The notes under the pieces are model-generated. The model was not told the DNA's origin, did not search any database, and saw only the letters and a program-made list of their open reading frames with translations. A stretch of 64,000 nucleotides of DNA from Enoplolaimus lenunculus (taxonomy: Eukaryota), in the NCBI GenBank assembly GCA_030248215.1, contig JASANG010002214.1:62001-126000 (forward strand), in the 5' to 3' direction. This document shows positions 1 to 12,009 of this stretch, piece after piece. How positions within the stretch are numbered: the stretch's first letter is position 1; each line of letters begins with the position of its first letter. The position numbers and the translations under genes are program-made.

Positions 1-228
1 TTAATTCTAACTAATATCTGCAATTTGTTGTTAAGTTGTTTGGTTTTTACGCTAATTTCTGCGAAATTTCGGAAATTCTTTCCTGAAAATAAACGAAATG
101 CGCTAAACAGAAAATTTTGCAAAATTATACAAAATTTTACTACCGAAAATGTCGGAACCTCAAGCATAAATTGCACTGGGGAAGGAAAGCGATTTTCTGC
201 CGGAGCCGCAGACAGACCTCTGGTGGTA
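1..228 (+). mobile_element. Partial copy of the 1245 hAT-type MITE
   Basis: Matches 1340-1576 (GTTAAGTTGTTTGGTTTT, AAATTTTACTACCGAAA, GACCTC..GGT). Confidence 0.8.
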
Positions 229-255
229 TCCTTATATGCCCACTATTACACGAAT

Positions 256-1024
256 GACCTAAGCACATTCAAAAGCGTTTCCGTTTTTTTGCCTTCGAAT
301 GCGCACAACCCCTCTCATAATTTACACCGCCGACATTGAGCACAGAATAATCCAGTACTTTAATACCGATAATCAACCACATGACATATGCAAAGGTGAT
401 TAGATGTGAACCTAAGCACAATCATAAGCGTTTTCGTTTTTTTGCCTTCGAATGCGCACAACCCCTCTCATAATTTACACCGCCGACATTGAGCACAGAA
501 TAATCCAGTACTTTAATACCGATAATCAACCACAGGACATATGCAAAGGTGATTAGATGTGAACCTAAGCACATTCAAAAGCGTTTCCGTTTTTTTGCCT
601 TCGAATGCGCACAACCCCTCTCATAATTTACACCGCCGACATTGAGCACAGAATAATCCAGTACTTTAATACCGATAATCAACCACAGGACATATGCAAA
701 GGTGATTAGATGTGAACCTAAGCACATTCAAAAGCGTTTCCGTTTTTTTGCCTTCGAATGCGCACAACCCCTCTCATAATTTACACCGCCGACATTGAGC
801 ACAGAATAATCCAGTACTTTAATACCGATAATCAACCACAGGACATATGCAAAGGTGATTAGATGTGAACCTAAGCACATTCATAAGCGTTTTCGTTTTT
901 TTGCCTTCGAATGCGCACAACCCCTCTCATAATTTACACCGCCGACATTGAGCACAGAATAATCCAGTACTTTAATACCGATAATCAACCGCAGGACATA
1001 TGCAAAGGTGATTAGATGTGAACC
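256..1024. repeat. Tandem satellite, five near-identical units of about 153 bp
   Basis: GAACCTAAGCACA recurs at 408, 561, 714 and 867, with GACCTAAGCACA at 256 and a partial GAACC at 1020. Confidence 0.97.
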
Positions 1025-1244
1025 AAATAGACCAGATAACGTTGAAATATAACCATCTGGTGCGCGAAATATTATCAACGTTGTGTCAGTTTGCCAATTC
1101 ACACCATAAAATAATAGAACATACGACTTTCCAATTTCTGTTATTTGCTCCGTTATCACCTAAACCACAACAGTTTAATGACACTTCAGTTTAAACATCT
1201 GTGAAAACAAAGTTTAAATGAGTACACAATTACGATGTATTTAT

Positions 1245-1576
1245 CAGGGTGCAACCGGAGGTGAAAAATGCCGGAGCCGGAGGTCAACAAAACTTGCCGG
1301 AGCCGGAGGTGAGGCGAAATTAGGTAGCAAAAAATGATGGTTAATTAGTTCATTTTAGACAATATCTGCAGTATGTTGTTTTGTTAAGTTGTTTGGTTTT
1401 ACGCTAATTTTGTGCGAAATTTCAGAAATTTTTTCCTGAAAATTGTGACAAAAGTAAAACCAAACGTGCTACACAGATAAATTTTGCAAAATTATGCAAA
1501 ATTTTACTACCGAAATTGCTGGAACCTCCGGCAAAAATTCTACCGGAGCAGGAGGCCGACCTCCGGTTGTACCATG
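1245..1576 (+). mobile_element. hAT-type MITE, family A
   Basis: TIRs CAGGGTGCAACCGGAGGT / ACCTCCGGTTGTACCATG; perfect 8-bp TSD GTATTTAT. Confidence 0.92.
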
Positions 1577-1668
1577 GTATTTATGCAAATTCTACAATAT
1601 CATGCTTGCTTAGTCACCTAGTATACGCATGATATTGTGGAATTAGCATTAATACTCAGTGCCAAATG

Positions 1669-4600
1669 TTAAAATGTCAAGCATCTAACTTCACTGTTAT
1701 AAACAAACGGATCTTGACGGCCGCGTCCCCTAAAACAACAAATAAATAGCAAATTAATAATGTTCTGTGACAAAACGCATCGGCAAAAAATTAACATCCT
1801 GATCCAGTATTCTACATTTCCGCATATTTATTGCTGGAAAGGCTTAACAGAACACTGTATTAAAGTATTATTTATGAGTATAATAACATGTTTTGCAGCG
1901 ACTTTTGTTCAAAATGATATGACACAAATCAGTATTGATCAAAAAGCATTGTTATTAAAGCAATTGCAGGACTAAAATTATAACAAATTATGGCAAAAGA
2001 ACACTAAATTAAAGCAATTATGTGCGTTTTCCTTTTTGTCAAAATATACCACCTGTAGCTATTAAACGGCTTTTGCAACCTTAGCGCGAGCTTAACGCCC
2101 AAGAATAAAGAAATATTTATCAAAATCCCTTTGGCCGTTCCTGAGTTCCCGTTGGACAAGTATTCATCTTTCGAACCCCACTTATAAAACGTTAACGGTT
2201 CGCAAAACTCCTCGGAGTTTCGCTTCACTAAAATTGATCAATTTATCTTCAAAAATTTTATAACATAAAACTTGTCTCCGCTTACAAGGACGAAGCATCG
2301 ATTTCTTGCAAGAATAAATCCAAACCAACCTTTTCCGTCTAAAATAATGCAGTTGAGTAAGACCTGACGCAGTTTGACACTTGAACAACACATCAGCGAG
2401 TAACTTTTCTATAGTCACATTCTTACACACCTCTGTAGTTGACGTATTAAGTTGACGTTCAATATCCTAAAATATTTATTTAAACTTCAAAAAGTATTAC
2501 ATTCAACTAGAAACGTCGAATACATTGTAAACAAAAGGGCCATCTTGGAATTTCGCGGTTTATTTGTCTTATAATCTGCTATTCCGAAACTACCAAATAC
2601 AAATTCAGAAAGTACCAAATATAATATGCCGTTTAACCTAATCTGACAATTTAAGTGCATTAATGTTCAGCGAACTTAGTACAATAATTCAAATTAATAT
2701 ATATGAAAAATTCATGTTTTGAGTTTGACGACTTACAAAAACATTGCATTGTATAAAAGGCATAAACTTTTGGTCCACGCTAACATTGTGCGCGTGTGTA
2801 TTATGTCTAAGCCTAAACCTAAACCAGAACATAAGCCCCATCCTAAACCAAAGCCTAAGCTTTCCAGTCTCTAAGTTTCCAAGTGGGCTGGTCCATATAA
2901 TTAACATGGGACAAAATTCATTACACTCTTATGCATTAACATATTTTATAAGAACAAAGCTTACCAGGACACTTGTATTAGTCAGCATTGTACCCGTATG
3001 ATCGATCAAAAATATCGGCATTGGATCAGGATGGTAGCAACTTATCGCTACCAAAATGTTAAACTGGCTCGGCGAGTGTGATTCAGTATCTACAAAAGTT
3101 GACAAAGGTAACAATTTTGGATTACACTAGTCTAGTGGGAAAAGTCGTTGAAAAGACTAGAGCTATTAATTTCTTGCAAAACATTCCGTATAATCATAAT
3201 GATTGTGGTATGTATGTATCTTTGCGTTGCACTAACTCTTTGAAAACGAAATAACGTAACGTCTGGAATATTGTTTTAATTTGAACCATTGCCAAATGTT
3301 GTTTTTCGCTGGATGTTTAACCAGGACCGCAGATCCTGCGGCATGTTGTATTGGGCATGCAGAAATACATGCCTAATCAAACAGAATTCGGGCTTACTTT
3401 CACTCATGGTCTTGTCCAATACAAGTTTGACATCAAACAACCACCAGGAACCAATGTGTTCATCTCCCCCTATTAACTTTTGCAATTGCTTTCCCAATCC
3501 ATGAGCCTGGAAAACACTTAAATGTGCAATATGTTTTATCCACATTCACAAACATCACTACAGATAATTTCTTTCAATAAAGTTTTATTCGATATCACCT
3601 GTTTCATTGCTACTGCAAGACATGTATGACAAAATTTAACATGGAAATTTAACCAAACATGCAACGAATGGCATGCGAAACAGAATGACATTCAAAAGTA
3701 AATAGTGGAATTTACATATTGGATTCCCAGTTAAACCTCAAATAGCAAAAATATTACTCTAATATCAGACTGTGGAATACGCCGCAGCTTTTCAATCCGA
3801 CCGACTGGCTCGTTCAACGAATCGTTCACCAAAACTTTACTTGGAGCTACAACATTAAAACGTCCCCAATTTATGCAGCCCTAGATAGATAAACAAACCA
3901 CAAACACTATATAACAAAGTCAACGGAACAGTACAAAGTTTGCGTTTCGCATGAGAAAAGGCTTTGAGAAATCTAAACTGAACGTTTTGATGCTATTGCT
4001 AACGCAATAACATATACCGAATGAATAAAACAGACATTTTTATTTTAATATAATCTACACCGTGAGTTTGCTACAAGCGAAGTTTAATTTACCGAGTTCT
4101 TTCAATTGCTTCAACAGTGTAAGTCTCGACCGTAACCGGGACTCAACAGTTTCCAAGAACGTTTCAAATGTCAGCAAAGTAGAATCCGCTTTTGACGAGC
4201 TAGCTCTTCCAGCTTGATCTGCTGTAGGTTCACAGGCATTCCCGACTCCAATATTTTGGACCGGAGAAAACGAAGAGTCTGAGTTGTCGACTAGGCCGCT
4301 CAACTCTTGAGCCCAGCGATAAGGCGTTCCACAGGTGGCCACAAGCTTTTCGTATGTCAAACTAAAAATATCACGCATCCTATCTAAAACAAAATATACA
4401 AATGAAAGACACAATATGCCCTAAACCATATAATGTTTGTCATTGGTTGCCGGCTATTTCAATTTTCTACACAGACTGAAAACGCAAATAAGACTCATTT
4501 CTACATCATAGAAGCCTATTACTAGTGCTCACCCTTGTCTTCTCAGCACCAGCATAGTCGTATCGTTAGGCGGCGCTAAACCATCGTCATGTGCGAACAG

Positions 4601-7600
4601 TGTACCCAATACACTGATGCCAGAGTCGATATTTCTAAATGACAAACAAATACGTACAAAAAGTGAAAAATTAACAATTTTTATAGTAAACTGTTGTGGA
4701 ACGATATTCATAGAACGCAAATCAGATCAGCCCTAAGCAATTTTACACATTGCGATATAAACGTCGCAATTGCATTAATCACTTTCCTATTGCTTGTTTG
4801 ATGTAGTAGTTATAGTGCAACACCTGGATATCACGGTGTCAGTTACTAAAATGCCAACGTTCCATAGTGTTCTGTTCAATGAGACTAAAGTCAGGTCTCA
4901 CTGTAATGATCGGCATATGCAACGAGCAAATTACAGAGTACCAAGTTATCGTGCATATGATGTAGTTTCTAGCTAGAATGGTGATTAAACAATGTGCAAA
5001 AAAATTTAATTAGGTAATATGCTTAACTGAAATAAAAAATTTGTCTAGACCCTACAGATTGTATTGCTGTAATATTTTAGAATTAGTTTGAAAAAATTGC
5101 ACTAGGTTGTTCAAATTTCCCGTCCCTTGAACAATTTTTCGTTTAATTAAAGCGCTACAATTAACCACAACATTAGTTTAGCAAAAACAAACCAAAAACA
5201 CTGAACCACAGCTTAAACAACTGCTTACAATTCCGCATCCATGGATTCAAATTCACTTGAAAAGTTAGAACGAACCATTACCAACGACAGTTTCGGAATA
5301 AACGTGAAAGTGATAGAAATACGTTCCTGAGAGTAATCTAAACAATAAAAATTCAGTCTTTAATCTAAGGCATAATACTGGTTGCAGATATAATAGAGGC
5401 TTTCATTTGCTGTAACAAAGGGAAGAGTTCAATTTGTCACGTAACATATGCAATTTAGTTACACTAATCACTCACAGTGAATTATGAGCTTAAGCGCAAC
5501 AATCGGTTTGTTACAAAACTTATTTCCAGTGTCGTGTCATAGTTTTCCAGTGATAGTTCTTTCCTGCCATTTTCGTCATTACGTTTACAAAATTTTTTCC
5601 GCATACCATATTCTCTTTATATTTTCCATATATGATCCCAAACTCAGTTGAAATCCTGGGATCTGGAAAATAATACTTTTTTGATTTTAGCCACGGAAAA
5701 CATTGATATCTTTGAAGTTTTATTCTACTCACCCAGCCCACAAAGGTCTTTTACAAAATAAATATTGGTATATTTCGCGGAGCTTCGACAAACGTAATAA
5801 CATTTAATGAATCTCGTGGATAATTGTATGATTAAGCTGTCTCTATTGCACTAGTTAGAAGCACGCAAAGACAAACTAAACCAACGCAGATTCACTAAGA
5901 TAACGCTTATATTTATTATCCAAAAATCAATTAGTAATCAGTGTCATTATGGGTTCCGTCAACGTCACGCTTTCAAACCGAGTACTAAGAACTAAAATAC
6001 ATAAAAACAACCGTCTTGGAATAAATTGTTCTTTCTGCGCTCTATTATCATTCTCAGCCTCAGGAAACTATTTTAAGGGCTACGAGTTAAAGAAGTGCTT
6101 TAGCGATAAAACTAAAGTTCAGTAACTTAAAAATACACAAGTTAACTTCGGATGTCAGGATACGAAAAAATGTTAGATACTAATCATTTGTTTTAATAGA
6201 CTAAATAAGCTGTACTGTAGTATCACGCTAAAATCCGGCTCGGGTTCCGGTAGAAAGCGCACTATCCGCTTTTGGTCCGACCAAAATCTGGAACTAAAAA
6301 TTTCCTCAATTCTCATCTATACTCATCAGTAGAAAACTAACTTAAAAGAACACATAATAATCAACCAAAATTTACCAGGACAATTCACTGTATAAACAAC
6401 CATCAAAGAGCACGGTTTCAGTATATCAACTAAACTGTGCGTCTTTTTTGCTCGGCGTCTATGATCCACCTAAAGCGATCAAAAATCAAGAATAAACATT
6501 TCTATTCCATTTCAATAACACATTCAACTAAAAGTAATGCTTAAATTTTCATTATGCTGCAAAGGCTATTACATCCCACATGCGTCTAAAACAATAGCCA
6601 CGTGTTTGAAACAGCGCCCCTTTCCCTTTTACAAATCTTACTGGTATTTATTATTTGCAAACTTAGTTACTTCAAGTCCCTGGGAATCATTATCCAATTC
6701 AAGCTCTTCTGCATCAGAGTCTTCGCTGTCCTCGTCTGAAATATAATGAAAAACTGCACGCTGCGCGATTGACGTATAAAAATATAAACCTCCCTCTCAT
6801 AAGAATAAAATTAACTACAGCAAACGACATCAAGACATGAACAGAAACTGCAATCATATAAAATATATATTTAAAAACATAGTATAAACACATACTAATA
6901 CGATGTTGAAGGGAAGGAACTTATGCCTTAACGTTACAGAAATGGGAATAAAGCATAGACTGAAACAGCCTTCCAATCGGCATTGGTTAGCGAAATGCCA
7001 GAAATCCTGCTATTACACCGACAAAAAACCAAGAACGTGAAAAACCTAGAGGATTACGATGCAATAATAGTTTTGCAAAAGTTACCTTTATTGTTATCGT
7101 GTGCACACGAATCGTCAATTTCGCCCACTATCTTCAAAGCTAACCGGTGCGCTGCAATGAAAATAACACAAAAGTACGCATAATAAACCAAGCGCGTACA
7201 CAAGCAATACACCCTACATACTACATGCAACCTAGGTGTACACCAGTTGGTTCACTAAGTTCTCATCCAAAAGTTGCTGTACGTCTACAAGCTATTAATT
7301 CAGCTCAAAAGCTTTAGTAGCGAAAAACCAACCCAAAAAGTAATAAAACTATTACATTACTAGTTTATTACATGTCTACAGGATTTTTTAAAAATCACAC
7401 AAGAAGTATCGCGTTTGTTAGATGGTGATAAGATTTTATAAAAACACATGTATCAAACTGAGCTTCAAAAAATGCACAACAACAAATCTATTATTCTTTA
7501 CAATCAACAACCGAATAGGCACGAGCCCTTGAGTACAATTGATGCAAAGGGTTTGGCAATGCTAACGCCAGCTTTCTTTGTTCGTACTCTTTTTCGTAAT

Positions 7601-10600
7601 TAACCTCGAGCAAGTCTTGAACCGGCGCTGCTGCCTAAAATTAATTTAACCGTATTTATATAGAAAGGTATCGATAGATAAATTTGGTTTCTGAGCGTCG
7701 TAACAGAATGTATATCACTGTTTTACGGCTTTGATTTATAGACCTATTCTGAGCTACCAAAATTTGTGATTCTTTTTCTGGAGCAAAATGGCTGAAAAAA
7801 TTATCGTGGATTGCACGAAAAACGTTAATTACGTTTTGAAAAATTTCGATAATATATACATATATTAGTCAAAACAAACTCTGTTGTGTATTATACCTGT
7901 GAAATTTTATTCAACTGCGGTTTAACTTTTGACAGCGTTGCCTGCCGTTCACATATTTCAGACATGAGTTTATCCAAAACATCTTCTTCGCATTTGAGCT
8001 GCTGAGCCAGTCTGTAAGTAACAATTCGGTTCAAGTTAATGATAAAAGTATATCATCAGAGTGACCAGACAAGCTTTAACTTTAGGTTACTGTTAAAATT
8101 ATACCATTACTTAGTTATGTCTATACTCAGGATGTCACTGCAAACGAATACCAAAGTATATAGCAAAACCATAACTAGACAGAACTTACGTTTTGCGTGT
8201 TTCTAATTCCCACGTAAGTCTGTTGAGCCTGACTGCGTGTGGATCATTGGCCTAAAATGCGTGCATAAACGTCAAATATTTTTACTGAAACAGCAGTTTA
8301 TTGTTAATTTTGCAAAATCGAGCAATCATTCAAACAGTTGTCACAATGCTACGTTAACCATACTACAGATCGTGCTCTGACTTAAACCATACACATGCAT
8401 ATCTTATTAATCACAATTAACATCCGGGTGTCTTAATGTGTATCATCCAAACGAAACGTTCGCATGCGGCTATGTATAATTTGCTGTCAAAAGCACTGTC
8501 GTTAGGACACTCAATACGGTGTTTATATTCACCTTTAAGCTATTGCATAAACGAATAAAGTGTCTACGAAAACACAATCAATCGGCGCTGTAATTAGAGG
8601 AACCACTAACATAATATGGTTTAAAATTCGACCTACCCTTTGCGTTAAGGACGAAGGCGCATGCTGTTGAAACTCTGTTAATGGAACCAATGCAATTTCT
8701 TCATGTTCAGATCTAAATACAGGATCAGAACAAAACTAACAGGACATTACATTTGCTACGTTAAAATATTTACGTTATGTAGCAATAGGCATCTCACTAC
8801 ATGGGCTGTAATACTACGTAATTTACGTGATAACAATACACTTTACACTATCGCTACAGTACACTAATAAATGTCTTGCTACCCACAGGTGACATAGTTT
8901 ATGATGATGCATTTTGAACTGAAATAGAAACATAAATCGCAAAGAATACTATCTATCACTATGCTATGCAATGCAAACTAACCGATACTCCAAACACTTG
9001 ACGATCGCTTTTTGGTTATGAAGAATTTCGTAAAGCAAATTTTGCAACTTTAGATGCTTTGATTCTATATCCTGTCGCTTCTGAAACAATTACAACATAC
9101 AACAATATACAACTGTTTATAGTGCTAAACCAGAAATCATTGAATAACAACAATTAGCTTTCAACGATTACATCACATATAAAACGTATGGAACCGATAT
9201 CGAAAAAATAGAATAGTGTAGTGAATTCAGTCAGTGAGGAACCAGAAGTACAACAAACAAAGAAAAACACTGCGTTATAAATTTTTGTTTATACGCAACG
9301 TCAGCTTACATGTACGTATGTACCTGGCCTGGGTGCGATCATATATTACAAGAACGGAAGCCGGACAGGAATAGTAGCATAATACCCATCGTCTTAACCA
9401 GGGATGAGCGGTCTTGGTTAAAACCGAGAGCTGCCTACCGAGACCGGCCAAGAAAAGTTTGGTTCTCGGTCCATTTTAGGTCATCACCAAAAAAATAAAA
9501 TTTTCAAAATTACCAGTCCCAGTGCTTTTTCTTTACTTTTTCAGAGATTATTGCGTAACTGTGAAATTTCATTTCATAGCAAAATTATATTTATCAACAA
9601 TTATTTACTTAAACAATTCGTCTTCTGGTCTCGTTTCTAAACCACCGAGACTCAAAAACGCGAGACCGGGAAACCAAGACCTATCAAATACCGAGACTTG
9701 TCGAGACCAAGACTCCCACCCTCTGGCCTCGGTTCTAAACCACCGAGACTCAAAAAAGCAATACCAAGACCTGCCAAATTCCGAGACTTACCGAGACCGA
9801 GACTTCCACCCATCCCTGGTTATTACAATTATGCCACTAAATAATAGTGTAATACAGAGTTATTGCTTACTCTTTAGCGATAAATATACATTAACCTATA
9901 TATAATACCATATCCGGATGTTGTTTTCTACCGGAACCGGATATGCGGTCGCATCTTGGTACATACCTGAGCAACTGAATCTCTAATCAGCTTGTTCCGA
10001 AACATTGCCAGACGGTTAATGCGCTTCAAATAGAGGACATCTTTGATGAACGATTCTTTTGCCGTCAATGCACCTGACTGCTGTAATATTCCAAGATTCA
10101 CATGTAGCACAACATCAAAGGATGGCACCAATCCGTATCCGTTGCTAATTTGCATGTTGTAAATTTCAGAAACGATATGTCAGCCGAATCACTGTTAAAC
10201 ATTAATATATTTCGTGCCCGATCTCAGTTCTGAGATTTGTGACTTGAAACAAAAAAATATTGGTTTATGTAATAAGTTACTTAAAATTTTCACAAGTTTA
10301 TTCGTTGCATAAATTGGGTAAGGAATTGTTCATATTTTATATGTGTGGTAAAAAGTTAAATTTTACAGGGCCATCATTTTTGAACCAAGTGCCCTGCAGC
10401 ACTAAATACGATACCCCTAAACACAGCCTGTCGAGATCTATAATATAAACTCTAGGTGAAATGATCATGAACTGAAGAGTATGTCGACTGGTACAAAAAC
10501 AAAAGCTGCAACGTGTTTAATTGCAAATTATTAGAAACTTTTAGGCGGGTAAGTTTAAGGCGAATACCGCAAATTGAACTGCTATAATTTCTTGGTTTAT

Positions 10601-10756
10601 TTCTGTTTTCAGTCCGTAAATATATACCGCGTGTTCCGGCGGCAAATGTGTTAGTCGAGCCATGCATTGTCGGATGTGTTCCACAACAGCGACGGCTTTT
10701 TTTACTTCTTGTTCGGAATCGAACGTCCTGGCGTCTTTCTCACATTGCTCTATCAT
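1669..10756 (-). CDS. THOC5: THO complex subunit 5 (about 18 coding exons)
   Basis: Minus-strand exons with GT-AG ends join into a THOC5-like protein: LKRINRLAMFRNK (9967-10080), KHLKLQNLLYEILHNQKAIVKCLEYR (~8983-9081), SEHEEIALVPLTEF, DPHAVRLNRLTWELETRK, LPNPLHQLYSRARAY, GTPYRWAQELSGL (4093-4384). The last exon 1729-1669 reads GRGRQDPFVYNSEVRCLTF*. The ATG at 10756 follows a TTTCAG; an upstream exon cannot be excluded. Confidence 0.9.
9399..9818. mobile_element. hAT-type MITE with CCGAGAC subterminal repeats (relatives about 33870-34250 and 56750-57126)
   Basis: CAGGGATG ... CATCCCTG ends; repeated ACCGAGAC; shared GGTCATCACC-AAAAAATAAAATTTTCA block among copies. Confidence 0.78.
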
Positions 10757-11591
10757 GCTCTGAAACTAGAATTACCTATAACCAAAAACCTGAGTGACAT
10801 CTTTGACTTGCAGACTCATTTTTTGAGATCCGTTTCCACACAATGACGAAGATATATAGTTACCTACAGAGAGGATCAAAAACCATTAAGTAACGGCAAA
10901 CAAACCGACTGAAATCAACGCTGTCGGCATATCAACTCAAAAACACACACTCAGCAGTTGATTGTGAGGCAGCGTGAGTCAGTGCCTAGTACGCTCGACT
11001 GATAATCTGTCAACCGAGTTCGAAAACTCTTGTGAACATCCCTTATTTTCATCTGCTGAGCATTCAAAACTAAACCCGGTGTACCCTAGCACACCATACT
11101 TATCACACTTACCATTACTGGTGTAACAGAAAAATTGCCGGCTTCAATCAAAATTTGCCTGTCAGAAATATTGGAATATTACAGAAACAGGTACGGCTAT
11201 GCTTATTACAACAATGGATCTAAACCAAAACATTAAATGACATTATCTGAGTGTTATCGCTAAATAGCGGCAAGGATGGGCGGAAAAAATTAAAATTTTG
11301 GAAATAATTAAATTATGTTTTATACTTTTTCCAGAGCGAAACTTGCCTAGACAAAAAATTGTTGAGACCGAGACTCCCATACCTGCATACAGTCGCAAAC
11401 CAATTTTGCGAATGGACGACTTTGTTTGAGCCGGGTTATCTTTTTAGCACCAACCTAGCTATCACATTTAGCAAAAAAATTCTGGGCAGCTCATTTGTTT
11501 ACAATTCGTTCATAACAGGATACAATCAATGGCGATGTTATATTACGAAGCTTCTATTCTGTTCAAAATAACCTGAATTTATTGAAACGTG

Positions 11592-11779
11592 GGCCCATGT
11601 ATAGAGCAGGGTCGGAAAAGGAGCATATTAAGCGTATTCCAAATCCTAAGCCTAAGCGTAAAGCCTAAGCCTAAGCCTAAACCAAAGCCTAAGCCTAAAC
11701 AAAAAGTTAGTCTAAGGCTTAAACTGACTCTATTGCATTATCTCTGGAAAAGGATCCAGCGCTGTTCTATACATGGGCC
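11592..11779. mobile_element. GGCC-ended MITE containing a TTAGGC telomere-like array
   Basis: TIR GGCCCATGTATAGAGCAG / CTGTTCTATACATGGGCC; TSD GAAACGTG/GAAACTTG; (GCCTAA)n inside. Confidence 0.88.
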
Positions 11780-12009
11780 GAAACTTGGATAGTTATAAAA
11801 CACGCTTTTTTAACAGCATGCTTTCGCGGTTCACTCTATATACATAGCTAAGCTGTACTACGCACAGCTACCCACAATTCATGATTATCATGCAGGAAGT
11901 ATGGTCGTAAGCTCTGAGTTAAATGTTTTAGTAGTGTTTCTGTTGCGCTTTGTAATGTTTTATGACTGTTACAGATACGTATATTGCAGAAATTAAGTTT
12001 AACGCTACT

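Noticed and set aside
256..1024. CRISPR-like regular repeat, and ORF 881-1159
   Set aside because: Units are contiguous with no unique spacers, the context is eukaryotic, and the ORF is an incidental reading of the satellite.
10965..11050. tRNA/SINE-like segment with GAGTTCGAA
   Set aside because: The A box is degenerate and there is no closing stem; too weak to call.
11589..11792. ORF with KPKPKP (and LSLSLS ORFs at 54187 and 55347)
   Set aside because: These are translations of TTAGGC arrays in MITEs.
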